Below are positions 41,036-53,449 of a stretch of 64,000 nucleotides of DNA, piece by piece. Under the pieces are notes generated by a model. The model saw only the letters and a program-made list of their open reading frames with translations. It searched no databases and had not been told where the DNA came from. Made by a program: the position numbers and the translations under genes. Each line of letters starts with the position of its first letter. The stretch's first letter is position 1. This DNA is from Opitutales bacterium. Lineage in GTDB: Bacteria; Verrucomicrobiota; Verrucomicrobiia; Opitutales; PNEW01. The stretch covers positions 128,001 to 192,000 of the forward strand of contig CBDANS010000006.1 of assembly GCA_965197745.1 (NCBI GenBank). The letters run 5' to 3'.

Positions 41036-43248
41036 TCATTCAATCGTGAGTTCTTCGGTAGCCACCGTAACTTCATCACCATCTTCATTGGCAAAGGAGG
41101 CATCAATGCTCAGTGTCGGTTGAGGGGTGTTGTTGGACTTGAAGTTGTTCTGCGTGATCAGGGTTTCAAACCCGGTGGTTGTTGAACCACTTTCCGCGAC
41201 TACGACCGCAACGCCGTTTGTCTGCAACAGGTCACCTCCGGTGATCCGTAACCCGGGATTGCCCGCGGGTACCGTAAAGGACCCTTCTCCGAACAAGAGG
41301 TGAGGTACCGCATCGCCATCAGCATCAATGTCGCCGACGGTTAATCGTACCGCGATGGGGACTCCGCGCGCATCCACGCCGGTCTTCCCGGTGCTTCCGC
41401 TGAAGACGGTATTCGACAGCTGCATGCCTCCCATTCCCGTCGAGTTGATCACTTCTACAAGGGTCACGTCAGCTTGGGCATCATAGACCTGTCCCTCGGG
41501 GAACAGCGCCTGGTTCACGGCATTGATCGATCCCACGGTGAAGATACTGAAGAAAGTGCTGGAGTCGGCTCCATCGATGACCACGCTCGGCTTACCCGTC
41601 ACGTACTCGACGGTCTGGTTGTAGCGTGGGGGAATGGCCGGGGGCAGGAAAGTGGCCGGGTCGAGGGTAACGGTAAAGGTCCCGGCGCCTGAAAACTCAA
41701 CCTGAACAATTTCCTCGGTTTCGTCCATGAAGGAGACCCTTGTAATTTGTCCCGGTCTGGCTTGGAGCTGAATGGACTCTCCAGTTAACAAAATCTGGTC
41801 AAATACGTTGCCATTAGGATGCTGGATATTCTCACCTGCGATATCTCCTGAGCCGTCGAGGACGAGGGGCACAGAGGGAGCTGCTACCGTAATAACCGCG
41901 GTATCACTGTCAGCACTACCGCTGGCGTTGGTTATCTGTGCCCAGTAGTTCGTACTCGCGGTGAATGCACCAGTAGTTAGCGTGCTGCCAGTGGCGCCTG
42001 CGACGGGGTTGGCCGTGTCACCGCTGTTGCCGGTATACCACTGGTATGTAAGATCATCACCGCTTGCCACTACAGATAAAACGACAGCCGTGCCGGACTG
42101 CACTTCCTGGCTTGCGGGTTGGGTGGTGATGGATGGACCTGTTGCGGGGGGCGGTTCGCCGCCGCCGTCGAAACCGGGGGTTCCAATAGGGGTAAATCCG
42201 AAGTCGTCGATAGCCGTTACACTGAATAATGGATTTACATCTTCTTTATCACTTAAAGTAATTCTAGCAATGCCACCCACAGCTCCCAATTCACTGGCAA
42301 GAAATGTATAAGGCGGAACTCCTGATCCCTGCAGGATATTCGACTGCAGGTCTACTTCCACGGCGATTAAATTATCTTCAGTATCATATACCTCAATAGT
42401 ACCATCGGATTCGCCGCCACTGCTAGCTGATGCCGTGATGGTTCCGGCAAAAAATTGCACCCGCGCAGCCGGTGTTTCAAAAGTGATCGTTGCGGTTTTG
42501 CCATTCTGGACTCTCCAGTGACTAGGAAGTGAGCGGATTTTTTCGATCTCGAAAAAATCCTGTTCCGAGGATATATCTGCGCCTGATAAGGTGGCGGAAA
42601 AAGGCGATGTTCCAACGATAATATCATCACTAGTGGTTGTGAATTCTGAAAAGAAAGTAAATACCGTGTTGTTCCTTGGCCCATCAATGAGGGTATAACC
42701 CACATCGTCGATGACTAATTTACCCGATGCATTCAGGAATTTAATTTCATTCATACCGTCAAAGTAATTGAGATCTGTTTCGTCGAGGAAACTGCCACTG
42801 AAACCCACGATTCTTTGCAGCGCAGGATTGGAATCAGGATTGATACTGGTTGGAAAACCCGTAAAAACGCCCTGCGAAGTTAATGCAAATTCTAATTGAC
42901 CTAAAGAAGTTGCAATAAGTTCTCGAACCTCGATCTTGCCCGCGCCCGTGGTTTCAGCCACGTAGAATTCGATTTCAGCAATCCCTTTAGTTGTGAAGAT
43001 CTTCCCTTCCTGGCCGGGCCCCAGGGATAATGCTTTCGTTCCCGAGTGCAGCAGACTTGAGTCCTCCAGCGTTTCTACGGTAAACCCGATAAATTGGATA
43101 TCATTTGGCGGATTACCGAGTAAAAAGTCTCCCGAACCTTCGGCATTTTCAAAATCTAAAAATTTTCCTGGTCTTGAGGAAGAGCTCGGAGAAGAAGAGG
43201 AAAATACAGTGAAATTAGCGATACGAGAACAATATTTTTAAAACGCAT
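41036..43248 (-). CDS. secreted Ig-like-domain protein; signal-peptide frame is offset by a 1-nt slip in the T5 run near 43160
   Basis: MRFKNIVLVSLISLYFPLLLRA from the ATG at 43248 is in another frame. The main frame is open from about 43237. PSITTQPASQ...YQWY Ig domain. Confidence 0.75.
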
Positions 43249-43447
43249 TTAGACCCCCTAAATTTGATTTAACCCTAAATCCCAGTTTATTCGACTGCTC
43301 TTTTTAGATAAATAACGTTAAAAGATATTGGTTTCAACAAATATATGTAATTTTGTTATATTTATTCAGTGATTAATCTTCGATTTGTTATGCAGACGCT
43401 ATGACACGAGTCGCCCCCATCGCGATTGCGGGGCTATGGGTGTATAT

Positions 43448-44013
43448 TTAATTTTGATAAAAACCAAGTCGACGTTTCTTCTTAGGTGAAGAAGGTTGCA
43501 GTAGTTTTTGCATGGCCTCTACAATTTCCACCAATAATTTATCATGTTTATCGATACGTTGTTCAAGTTGATTGAGCTTAATTGTAAGCTTACGGCTACT
43601 GGAAACCAATTCACGCAGCTTTATGAAAGCACGAACCACATAGACACTCATTCGGACAGCCTTTTCGCTGTGAAGTATATTCGCTGCCATAATGGCACCA
43701 TGTTCGGTAAACGCGAAGGGTAACGTGCGCCTGCCACCGTAACTTGAAGTCGCATATTGCGACTTCAAGTTTGTAAGCTCCTGGCGATCAATCTTAAACA
43801 AAAAATCATCGGGAAAGCGATCGCTGTTTCTTTTTACCGCTTCGTTAAAACTCCATAAAGATCTGCAAGATCACTATCTAATATAACACGATGTTTGCGC
43901 ATGACGAATATCATACGTTCAATCGATACAATTTGAACATCAGTGGTCCTATTTTTAGCAGTCCCCTTCATTATCTTTATTTTCTTTTTCTCGGCAGTAA
44001 TCTTCTCTGTCAT
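43448..44013 (-). pseudogene. ORF6N-domain DNA-binding protein, frameshifted at about 43840
   Basis: VILDSDLADLYGV, then NEAVKRNSDRFPDDF, and PFAFTEHGAIMAA. Confidence 0.85.
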
Positions 44014-44172
44014 CGCCTTATCTTTAATAATGGAAGGATGGAAAAATGGATGAAACCCGAAGGTATATCCCACTCATCCAATTATCCACTCCACTGATTA
44101 CTGTTCACTGATCACATTTATTTTCTGATCATTAGCTTGGCGATCTCCGCGTCTCTGCGGTGCATATTGATT

Positions 44173-44652
44173 TTAAATTCTAGGGGGCGCATTTGCTTCA
44201 CGTTTGATCGCGCCACTGGGGGTGACCATGGTGGGGTTCTGATAGAGTGAGCCGGCTTCAACACTGTCATATTGCTGACGGGCGGGCGACCCTCCCGGGC
44301 TGATCAGATTGGCGGTGACAAAGATAAGGAGATTTCTTTTTTGCGTGGTCTCTCCCTTCGATCTGAAAAGTCGTCCCAACAGGGGCACATCCCCCAGGAT
44401 GGGGACTTTATCTTCGACACTTTTTATTTCCTCACGGGTCAATCCCCCCATGACAACGGTCGCACCATCCCATACCGTCACCTCGGTGCGAACGCGCAGC
44501 ACGGAAAAAATAGGCTGAAAGAACCCTGAAGGCACCGTCACCGTAGTCCCTCCGGAAATACCGATACTGGGTCCGCCATACTCGACGAAACCTTCAAATT
44601 CTGTGACCTTCGGTTCGAGTAAGAGACTTATGCTGTTGTCATCTTCAACGGT
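44173..44652 (-). pseudogene. 3' fragment of a type II secretion/pilus secretin (GspD-like)
   Basis: TVEDDNSISLLLEPKVTEFEGFVEYG...DGATVVMGGL...KVPILGDVPLLGRLF...LLIFVT. No 5' part in the window. Confidence 0.85.
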
Positions 44653-44741
44653 TGCCAGTTCAAAATCTCTATACTTTCTCTCTTCGCTTTAGAGGCGGGG
44701 GGAGCAGTCGCGAAATTACAAGCGACAAGGAGAGAGGCATT

Positions 44742-45461
44742 ATGGGGAAAAAACATGAATATGCCTCAGCAAGAGAAAGTATTAAGAAAAGATATCCAGA
44801 ACGATATGAAACGGGCGCTGATGAGATAGGTGTTGCCAGTGACTACATAAGTGACATTAGGAGTCTAAAACCGGGTCAGCGTGTCGTTACTTACTGCCGG
44901 GTCTCTTCGTGTGCTCAAGAACATTTTAAAAACCTCAGCGATCAGAATGAGAATTTAAAGCGCGAGTTAGAGCAGCGGGGATGCACTGTAATCGGATCCT
45001 TTCAAGAAGTGAGGTCAGGTTGGAGGGAAGGCCGTGAGGCGCTCATGGATGCCGCAAGGCATGCCCTTGATAATGATGCCATTGTCGTTGCGGAATCTGT
45101 GACACGCTTCATTCGAAGCAGGGATTTCAATAGTAAGACAAACTGGAAAGTAACACCCAATAAAGCTGAGTATCGACGCTTACAACTTGATACGCAGGGA
45201 GTAAAACTTGTGACCTTACTTGATCCTGATGCCTCAGCAGAAGAGATAAGATCTAATGAGACTAAGCGAGGTAAGAAATTGAAAGGTAATCCAGGTGGTC
45301 GTCCCAAGAAATGTTGTCCCGGATACAAAAAACGTGAAAGAGAGCAGTCTTTGCCAAAAGTATTAGCTCTGTATAAAGAGGGAATAACTATTGCGGCCAT
45401 TGCTCGGAGCATGAAATTAAATTACAATACTGTATATAGCTGGATTAAGAAAAACGATTAA
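44742..45461 (+). CDS. serine recombinase (resolvase-like) with C-terminal HTH
   Basis: YCRVSS, EVRSG...R and ESVTRFIR, with C-terminal IAAIARSMKLNYNTVYSW. Confidence 0.8.
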   Translation: MGKKHEYASARESIKKRYPERYETGADEIGVASDYISDIRSLKPGQRVVTYCRVSSCAQEHFKNLSDQNENLKRELEQRGCTVIGSFQEVRSGWREGREALMDAARHALDNDAIVVAESVTRFIRSRDFNSKTNWKVTPNKAEYRRLQLDTQGVKLVTLLDPDASAEEIRSNETKRGKKLKGNPGGRPKKCCPGYKKREREQSLPKVLALYKEGITIAAIARSMKLNYNTVYSWIKKND

Positions 45462-46775
45462 ATCTTTATTTTTTTATGACTATTAAGATATATAACCTTG
45501 TTATCATGTTGGATACGAAATGGATACAGTACGTTGCTCGTTGTTGTAGCTCGAATGAAAGGGTTACTACATGTACTAAGTAAGAATACGGTCTATAAGA
45601 ACCAGGATTTCTGATATGGTATGGTGAAATGATTTATAATAATGAGCTTAAGCATTAACAGAACTTTAATACCTATAATTCCTATAAAACATATTTAGTT
45701 GTCAGTACTTAGTAGATCTTGGGAGAGTTTACTGTATAGAACGGTAAGAGTTACTACATACCATAGAGGAAACAAAGCTAATTAAGATAGTATTTAACCT
45801 GGAATGTACAGAGTCGTATCCCTGTTGCGATTCTAGATAGTTTAGACAAGTTGCTCTTAAATCTTATTATGTCCGTAATCTCATACACCGATTTGTATAA
45901 ATTATCATACTTAGCTGAGGAAATTAAGTTCTTAACAACCCAACACAAAGAAACAACAAGACAACTACTCAAGTTTGTTCTAAAAAACTACGTTACTGCT
46001 GAAGAAATAAAGGGCTTTAAGAACATTGAGATGTTGTGGACAAGACGGGGTAGTCCCTATCATCTAAAAGGCAAAGGAATAAGGTCGTCACAAATAGGGA
46101 TAAAAGATAGAATGAAGCGCATATGTTTGCTCATGAGTTTAGACATCCTTTTTTTGTATAAAATTAGATCCAAGATCTACCCTCAGCTTGAGCAGACCCA
46201 TAAGCCAAAATTTCGCTTACAAAGCGTTTTGATGGCATGAGGTATAAACTTATATGCCCTTACCCCTCAAAAGCGATTGTGGGCGATTGTATGCGCTCAC
46301 AAGCCCTAATCTCTACTAGCAACAGCATGGCTTTTTGCCACGCTCAATTGTATTATTTAAAGTTTCAATATAAGTCCGCGGGGGGTTGAGTTTCGGAGAC
46401 GAACGGCACAACTTCGAGTTCGGAGAACATCTTTTGTAAATGCTCTAGCAGAATACCCTTGGATAGCCTGTCATGCCGTTGAGCACAGTCGATAACACCT
46501 CATTGGACCAAGACCACTTATTGACATACAAGCCGTATGTTTGGAGGTAGTTATTAATTTTAATTTTGAGCATCATTTTCCCTTTCTCCCGTCCAGGTCA
46601 ATTAGTCTACGTCAGTAAAATAAATATCATCACTCTTGCCTATGGTGATGATGTCTTTTACCTTTCCACTACTCCACTGGGGGAAAATTTCACGTAGACG
46701 CCCTCCCTTTAACCTCCCGACCCCAAATCTCATTTAAAATGATTCTTTTTCAAAACCCTTATCAAAAACACCTCA

Positions 46776-46861
46776 ATCTATCTCAACATGTTCAAACTGC
46801 ATCAGGGCAGTAGATCATTATTAACTTTATTACTTAGCGGGCTCTTTCGTTCTAAAAGTTC
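46776..46861. repeat. 86-bp segment present in inverted orientation at 57033-57118
   Basis: Reverse-complement match with about 4 mismatches. Confidence 0.85.
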
Positions 46862-46862
46862 T

Positions 46863-48213
46863 TGATCGGACCCCGTATTTCGTATCAAATTTTAAGTGAG
46901 AGAACTACCGGGTGTTAATGGTTTTAGGATTGATGTATATGAGAGATCTTGGCGCAGTGAGGGCGTAGCCCGAACGCGGCCAAGAGCGGAAAGGAATGTG
47001 ACAAACTCTTGTGGGCTTTTAAAGCCTAATCGACTGTGGGGATGTTCATTGTTATAGGTCTGACGCCATTGTTCTATTACAACTTGTGCTTCAGCCACGC
47101 TGAGCAACACTTCACGGTTCAAACACTCATCGCGTAAGCGGTTGTGAAACGACTCGATGAAACCGTTTTGCCAGGGACTGCCCGGATCGATATATATCGC
47201 CTTGATCTTTTTGTCGGACAACCACTGCTGCACCTGATGAGCAATGAATGGCTTCGCATGTCGTCGCTTCGCTCCTCGGAACACTGCCGTTGTCACTGCG
47301 GATATAGCTAGGAACTCCCTCTTCATCGATGGTTTCGCTGAGTACCGAGAGAACATCGGTTGAGGTGAGCTGTCGAGCTACCCGGATGCGTAAACATTTA
47401 CGCGTATATGTCTTCGCTTCGCTTGAGTGTCGTCGCTTTCAGCTCCTCGGTACATCGATCAAGGTCATCATCTTTAGCATACCGCCATTGTCTGTACGAT
47501 CATGGACAAAGTCCCAGGACCAGACGTGATTGCGACCGGTTGCTTTAGTAGGGAGCCCAGTAGAGATCCCCTGACGGTGTCTACGCTTTTTCGGGGGCTT
47601 TACCTGTAAGCCCGAAGAACGTCGCACTGCCTGTACAAATTTCCTGCTTGCCGCCCAACCTTCTTTCACCAGCAAGGCACGAATGCGCCGGTAACCGTAA
47701 CGGGGATGTTCCCAGGACAAGGTCAAAATCCGCTCGGCCAATTGCTGAGCCTTCTTACTGGCCTGCTTGGGTCGGTAGCTGTACGTTGACCAACTGAGGC
47801 TGAGATAAGCACAAGCCCTCTAAAACGAGCACAGCCCCTTCTCAGCCGCATCTTTTACTGCTCGCTTCTTCTGCTTTGGGCTCACCATTTTTTTGAGAGC
47901 GTTTCCTCCAACACCCGAAGCTTGAGCATTTGATCAGCGAGCATCTTCTTCAGCTCCGTATTCTCCTTTTCCAGCTCTTTAAATCGCTTCGCATCAGCCA
48001 GCTCCAAGTTGCCATACTTTTTGCCCCAGCGATAGAAGGTCTGTTCACTTAGGTTGTTGCCGTGGCAGACTTCCTGCACGGTTTTGCCCGTATCGGGCTG
48101 CCGCAGTATTGCTATGATCTGTTCTGTTGTATATCTTTTTCTTTTCATTGAGGTTATCTGTTTATCCCGATAACCTCTCTCTGTTAATGATACCATTTTT
48201 GGGGGTCACTCCA
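46863..48213 (-). mobile_element. IS3-family element A, copy 1 (orfB inactivated)
   Basis: TG...CA ends, orfA MKRKRYTTEQII, and orfB WSWDF, SDNG and PGSPWQNGFIESF. Carries an early TAG and two micro-insertions. Confidence 0.9.
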
Positions 48214-49208
48214 AATCATGGAGGAGATTGAGGGCATAGCGATCGAGGTTATGAAGAATCTCAAGAATCTGAGCATAGTGACTGGAATCCTTGTGGATAA
48301 AGGGCGCTTACTCTTGGGTGAAGCGCCGAGGCATACAGAGCACATCAAGGGTGACACGCTGGGTGATGCGGCATCAGTGATCGAGTCTCTCCCGTCCGGG
48401 CCTGTGATTGAAGCGGACACCGCGTCCGGTGATCGACCTTGTAAGTAATGGGGCGTGGGTTAATTTTATCAAACCTGATAATGGATAACGAGCAATTAAT
48501 AGATAATACCTTTGTTCTCAGAGATAGACCCCTGCTTGAGCTATTCGATGCTGTGGAGCTTATACAGGGAGTTGTGGAGAGAGCAGTTTTTTGCGAAAAT
48601 TTTAGATCGAAACATTTCTTTTTGACGGACAATATCTGGAAACATCAAAGGCGAATTTACCCATCAAATGTCGGTATGCTCATTGAAAACAGATGTGCAA
48701 ATGCATTGACCGACTTTTACATGTGAGTCTTCATACGGATTCCAGAAAGTCCGCTGTTTAAGCTTCCCTGTAGACACACTTAAAAAAAGAACATGTCTGT
48801 CGAGCCAGCATAAACACACTTTACTGATCACAGCATGACAACCTCTCCCACCCGTTAGTCCAGAAGACCGTTATCGGCGCCAGTGTGTGGTAGACAAAAA
48901 GGGGAGTGCCGATCAGTAAGATCTGCAGTGACTGTGTTCCCGAACTGGCTCCCGGGTTCATCTGGACAGAAGATCGAAGTCTGTGAACCGCACAACACTT
49001 ATTATGTCCAGTTGATTTTTAAGTGATTGATATTCAACATATTAATTTTAAAGCCTAAATTCCTAACGGTCATAAAACAACATAAACTAAGGAGTAGCCC
49101 TTAATTAACTGCCGTAGTTTCAGTCGAGATTAAACCCTTATTGTGACATTAAAAGCTGTCCCGATATAGGGTGTTGTGCAAGTTCATTCCTGCAAGATGT
49201 CCGGGTCT

Positions 49209-49997
49209 GCATCATAACGATTCATCCACCTGGGATTCGTTCCGCATTGCCCGTCCGTCTTTGTAGGTCGCCGAGTCAACCAGTCAAATTAGTCTACTGA
49301 GTCAACCGAGTCGGAGCGGTATACAGCACAAGCATAACCCCGAAACGTAAGGCAAAGGGGGGCGGGGGGGGCCGCCGCCGAAGGCGGCCGACCCTGATCT
49401 ATCGGTCTGCAACGCGAAAAATATTTTTACAAAAGGAAACGTTTAGAAGCAAAATAATAAAACAAAACCTTATTAATTTGCTCTAGAAAGAACGAGCATC
49501 CTTCGTTATGAAATCAACCCTGTCCTGAGATCCAAACGCCCTTTCTCGAGGCGCTCAAGTACCTTGAATGGTGGCACAACAACAAGCTACAATCCCCACA
49601 TCTTTCCCGATATGTTGTGTCGGATCATGAATACGGGCAAACTCACTTATCAGTGACTGGTCAAAGCCGCGTGATATCCTGTAAGAAAATTGGAGTAGTA
49701 GCATAACTAGGAATTTCCTCCATCATCAATTGACTGCATAATATTCCTTGCCGTTTGCAGGTCACCTGTTTGAGATCATGTGGACAGTTTTTTAAAATAT
49801 CGGTGCCAGATTTCGCGTTTATCGAGGAGATGAGGGTTAAATTCTTCCAAACCAGGAAAATCGATACCTAACTTTCTATGTGCGGCGAGTAGATCTGTGA
49901 TCTTAAGGTAATCGTCGGGCCTGAGTCACCATCCTGAGCCGAGCATCATAACGATCCATCCACCTGGGGTTCGTTCCGCATTGCCCGTTCGTCTTTG
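49209..49997 (+). repeat. 55-bp direct repeat (49209-49263 and 49943-49997)
   Basis: gcatcataacgat(t/c)catccacctggg(a/g)ttcgttccgcattgcccgt(c/t)cgtctttg. Confidence 0.8.
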
Positions 49998-50357
49998 AAA
50001 ACAAGCATTATCCATGCGCAAATAAAAAAGTAACACCCGTAACGTTAGGCGGGAGGGGCAAGCCGTAGCCTAACATGTGTAATCGATTTCACCTCAGAAA
50101 ATAAATTTTATATAAGCCGTTTACTCGAAAGAAAATTCTGAATAACCTTTTAACTAAGACACATAATATTGCCATGAATGTCGTCGGATAATAGCCTTTA
50201 AAATGGGAATGATATACTTCAAACCACATAGAGCAAAACAGCCTACACCATGACAGGACTCTCAAGTGTTCCCCTGTAAAGTTTATGAGACCCTTTCGTG
50301 TCATCCCCCCACAGGGCAACCGCTCTTACTATGTGTTCTGCGCGAGCTTTGCCCGCT

Positions 50358-51335
50358 CTACGGTCCCTCCTCTATATCCTCCGGATAATAGCCGGCGCCG
50401 ATCAGAATCGGCAGTCCAAAGGACACAACCCTCTTGACGAATGACACCTTGCGCTCCTCCATCTCACTCGACGGATTGCGCTTCGTGTAATACAGGAAGC
50501 TCTCTCCGAAGGCGTCCGCAACGCTCACAAGATCCTGGTCTTCGACCGGTCCTACCAACTCGGACATTATATCATCCGGCTCGCTGTATGAATCGCCACT
50601 GAACAGAGTGTAGCCATAAGTATCGATGGCAAACAAGTAGATTGATCCGTGTTTCCATCGCGGTTCCGTGGTCAAAGTGTTGATCGCAAAGTAGCCTTTC
50701 ATTTCAAGTTCCATCGCAGCGCAACGGACATACTCCTTCAGTCTCTCGTTGGAAGGATCGCTATCGAGCAACATGGCATTGACCTCTTCACTTGTGCACG
50801 CTCCGGGAATATCTCGGAGGTAGATCCCCGCACCGATCGCGGCCGGAGTCCCGTCCCAGTCGATGTTCTTGATGTAGGAAGCCTTCGGCTCATCCCTGCC
50901 TGTCGCTGGATTTGGGAACGAGTAATAGAGCCAGCCTTCATCGACGATACTCAGGATGCGCTGCCCTTCACTGAAGAATTCGTTGCCGAAGGCATCGATC
51001 AGCGGTCCCAACGGTTTCCCTTCCCTCGAGGGGTCGGGTGGGAAGACGACCAATCGCTGAGTCATGTCTGTCGCATCGGCGACAAAGACATAGATTTGGC
51101 CGTATCTCCAGCGCTCGTCTTCGTGGAAGGCCCTGCGTGCCTCGCTGAAGCCCTTTGCGCGGACATACTCGTAGGCACACTGAACGAACGCCTGTATGTC
51201 TTCAGGAGTGCGCACCGCGCGGGCGGCGATGGAGTGCTCCGTGCAAGACACAACTTCATGAGCGCCAAACATCGGCAGCACAACGAACGTTGAGATTAAG
51301 GAAATCAAGAATGGGCAGAGCTTGTGTTTCATCAT
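50358..51335 (-). CDS. exported tandem Cache-domain protein, paralog 1
   Basis: Signal peptide and two sCache-like units (YVFV...GWLYYSFPNP...KASYIK...GAGIY). Confidence 0.8.
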   Translation of the reverse strand: MMKHKLCPFLISLISTFVVLPMFGAHEVVSCTEHSIAARAVRTPEDIQAFVQCAYEYVRAKGFSEARRAFHEDERWRYGQIYVFVADATDMTQRLVVFPPDPSREGKPLGPLIDAFGNEFFSEGQRILSIVDEGWLYYSFPNPATGRDEPKASYIKNIDWDGTPAAIGAGIYLRDIPGACTSEEVNAMLLDSDPSNERLKEYVRCAAMELEMKGYFAINTLTTEPRWKHGSIYLFAIDTYGYTLFSGDSYSEPDDIMSELVGPVEDQDLVSVADAFGESFLYYTKRNPSSEMEERKVSFVKRVVSFGLPILIGAGYYPEDIEEGP

Positions 51336-51582
51336 TTTTAAATGTTCGGGATTCTTTGCTATTGGAATTTAGGAAAGTAAAGTTTGCGTTGGTAGCCTTC
51401 CCCTCTTGTCCGCCCCAGGTATTCAATGGCTCGTTCTTTGGTTCGGGAAGACTCAAATAGTTCAATTATACTCATCATAAGCAACTCTACTTCATTCGGA
51501 GCACAAGTTTATGAGTCCCTTTATGTCATCCCCCACAAGGACAGGTGCTCCTACCATGTGTTCTGCGCGAGCTTTGCCCGGC

Positions 51583-52557
51583 TTATGGACTCTCCTCCAG
51601 ATAATAGCCGGCGCCAATCAGAATTGGCAGTCCAAAGGACACTACCCTCTTGACGAATGACACCTTGCGCTCCTCCATTTCACTCGACGGATTGCGCTTC
51701 GTGTAATACAGGAAGCTCTCTCCGAAGGCGTCCGCAACGCTCACAAGATCCTGGTCTTCGACCGGTCCTACCAACTCGGACATTATATCATCCGGCTCGC
51801 TGTATGAATCGCCACTGAACAGAGTGTAGCCATAAGTATCGATGGCAAACAAGTAGATTGATCCGTGTTTCCATCGCGGTTCCGTGGTCAAAGTGTTGAT
51901 CGCAAAGTAGCCTTTCATTTCAAGTTCCATCGCAGCGCAACGGACAAACTCCTTGAGCCTCTCGTTGGAAGGATCGTCATCGAGCAACATGGCATTGACC
52001 TCTTCGCTGTTGCACGTACCCGGGATGTCGCGGCGGTAGATCCCCGCACCGATCCCGGCATGAGTCCCGTCCCAGTCGATGCTCTTGACGTAAGAAGCCT
52101 TCGGCTCGTTCCTGTCCGTCGCTGGGTTTTTGAAGGAGTAGTAAACCCAACCCTCCCCGAAGCTACCCACGACGCGGGTAAATTCCTTGACGATATCGTT
52201 TCCGTACACATCGATCAGCAGTCCCCAAGACACTCCTTCCCGCGAAGGGTCGGGTGGGTAGACGAACGCTCGCGACATATCGGACATGGCGGGCAATTCG
52301 TCCACGAATACGTAGATCGGGCCGTGTTTCCAGCGCTCGTCCTCGTTAAAGGCCCTGCGTGCCTCCACGAAGCCCTCTTCCAGGACATACTCGTAGGCGC
52401 ATTGAACGAAAGCCTCTACGTCCTCTAGGGTGCGCACCGCGCTGGCCATGATGGAGTGCTCCGCGCAAGACGGAGGCTCAGCAGCACCGAACATCGGCAG
52501 CACGGTGCACATTGAGATTAAGGGGATCAGCAATGGGCAGAGGTGGTGCTTCATCAT
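51583..52557 (-). CDS. exported tandem Cache-domain protein, paralog 2
   Basis: Paralog of 50358..51335. Confidence 0.8.
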   Translation of the reverse strand: MMKHHLCPLLIPLISMCTVLPMFGAAEPPSCAEHSIMASAVRTLEDVEAFVQCAYEYVLEEGFVEARRAFNEDERWKHGPIYVFVDELPAMSDMSRAFVYPPDPSREGVSWGLLIDVYGNDIVKEFTRVVGSFGEGWVYYSFKNPATDRNEPKASYVKSIDWDGTHAGIGAGIYRRDIPGTCNSEEVNAMLLDDDPSNERLKEFVRCAAMELEMKGYFAINTLTTEPRWKHGSIYLFAIDTYGYTLFSGDSYSEPDDIMSELVGPVEDQDLVSVADAFGESFLYYTKRNPSSEMEERKVSFVKRVVSFGLPILIGAGYYLEESP

Positions 52558-53449
52558 TTGTAAATATTCGGGATTCTTTGCTTTTGAAATGGTGGAAAGG
52601 TCAAATTGTGTATAGTATTAATCAGATTGTCAATAATCTCAATAAGAGAATGCTATACATTGCTTGAGTACCCTTAACGCTTTTTCTTAGTCAACAATAA
52701 CAATGATGTTTCAAAAGGTAGAGTATTCAAAGAAACGGTTTATCCTCCACCAGACGCGTAATCAATACGTGATAAATAAAGGAAATTATATTTGTTACGA
52801 TAAGCAGCCATCGACTTTTCGCCTCAACTTCCAGTAGCGGCTTGAGATCCATCATCTGTTCTTCAAATACAGCGGCTAAGCACGCAAATATAAATGAGTA
52901 ATTCTTAAGGTTGAGAGGACCTTGCAGTTATTGAAGAGCGCATAGATAAAGACAAGCGTTTTTCGATTGGACGGAGATGGCTCTTTCTATCTTATCCTTT
53001 ACCGAAGACACCTTTGGCTAGCAATGTATATCATACCCAAAAGATTGGCTATTTCTTATGAATGGCTTTATCCTTCCGAGATCGACTTGCATATGTATTG
53101 TGTTCGGCGTTCAGGTCAAAGGCAGTGGTTCAAAAGTTATTATTATGAGAAAAATGATTCCACGTTATCGGCGTTACTATTGTAATATTTATTGTAACTT
53201 ACAATTAAAATATATGTAACTAATTGATAAACAATATATATAGTATAGTATAATTAGAACAGTTAATATCACACATTGAGATCAAGCGACATCTGCTCCC
53301 CCTATGCGCCCCACTTTTTGCTATTTAACGCTATATACTACTATTTAGTTTCTCTGGACATAAGCTATAAACTGATTCATAAGTGCTTATAAATTAATAT
53401 AAAACGTTGATTTATAAGGGGTACCAAGGAGGAGAGTTGAACTCTCTAT

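Noticed and set aside
40800..44120. Heptamer-like tracts (CGGATTT, AATCCGC, CACTGAT) as functional arrays
   Set aside because: Only 2-4 degenerate units each. Consistent with common intergenic short tandem repeats.
45500..46770. ORFs 45851..46240 and 45778..45972
   Set aside because: AT-rich, no RBS or motifs. Probably decayed island DNA.
48214..48726. Two short ORFs after IS3-A
   Set aside because: Probably fragments of one IS-truncated gene. No family recognised.
48940..48980. CTGGCTCCCGGG... as a tRNA 3' end or att site
   Set aside because: No T-arm or cloverleaf, and the match is too short.
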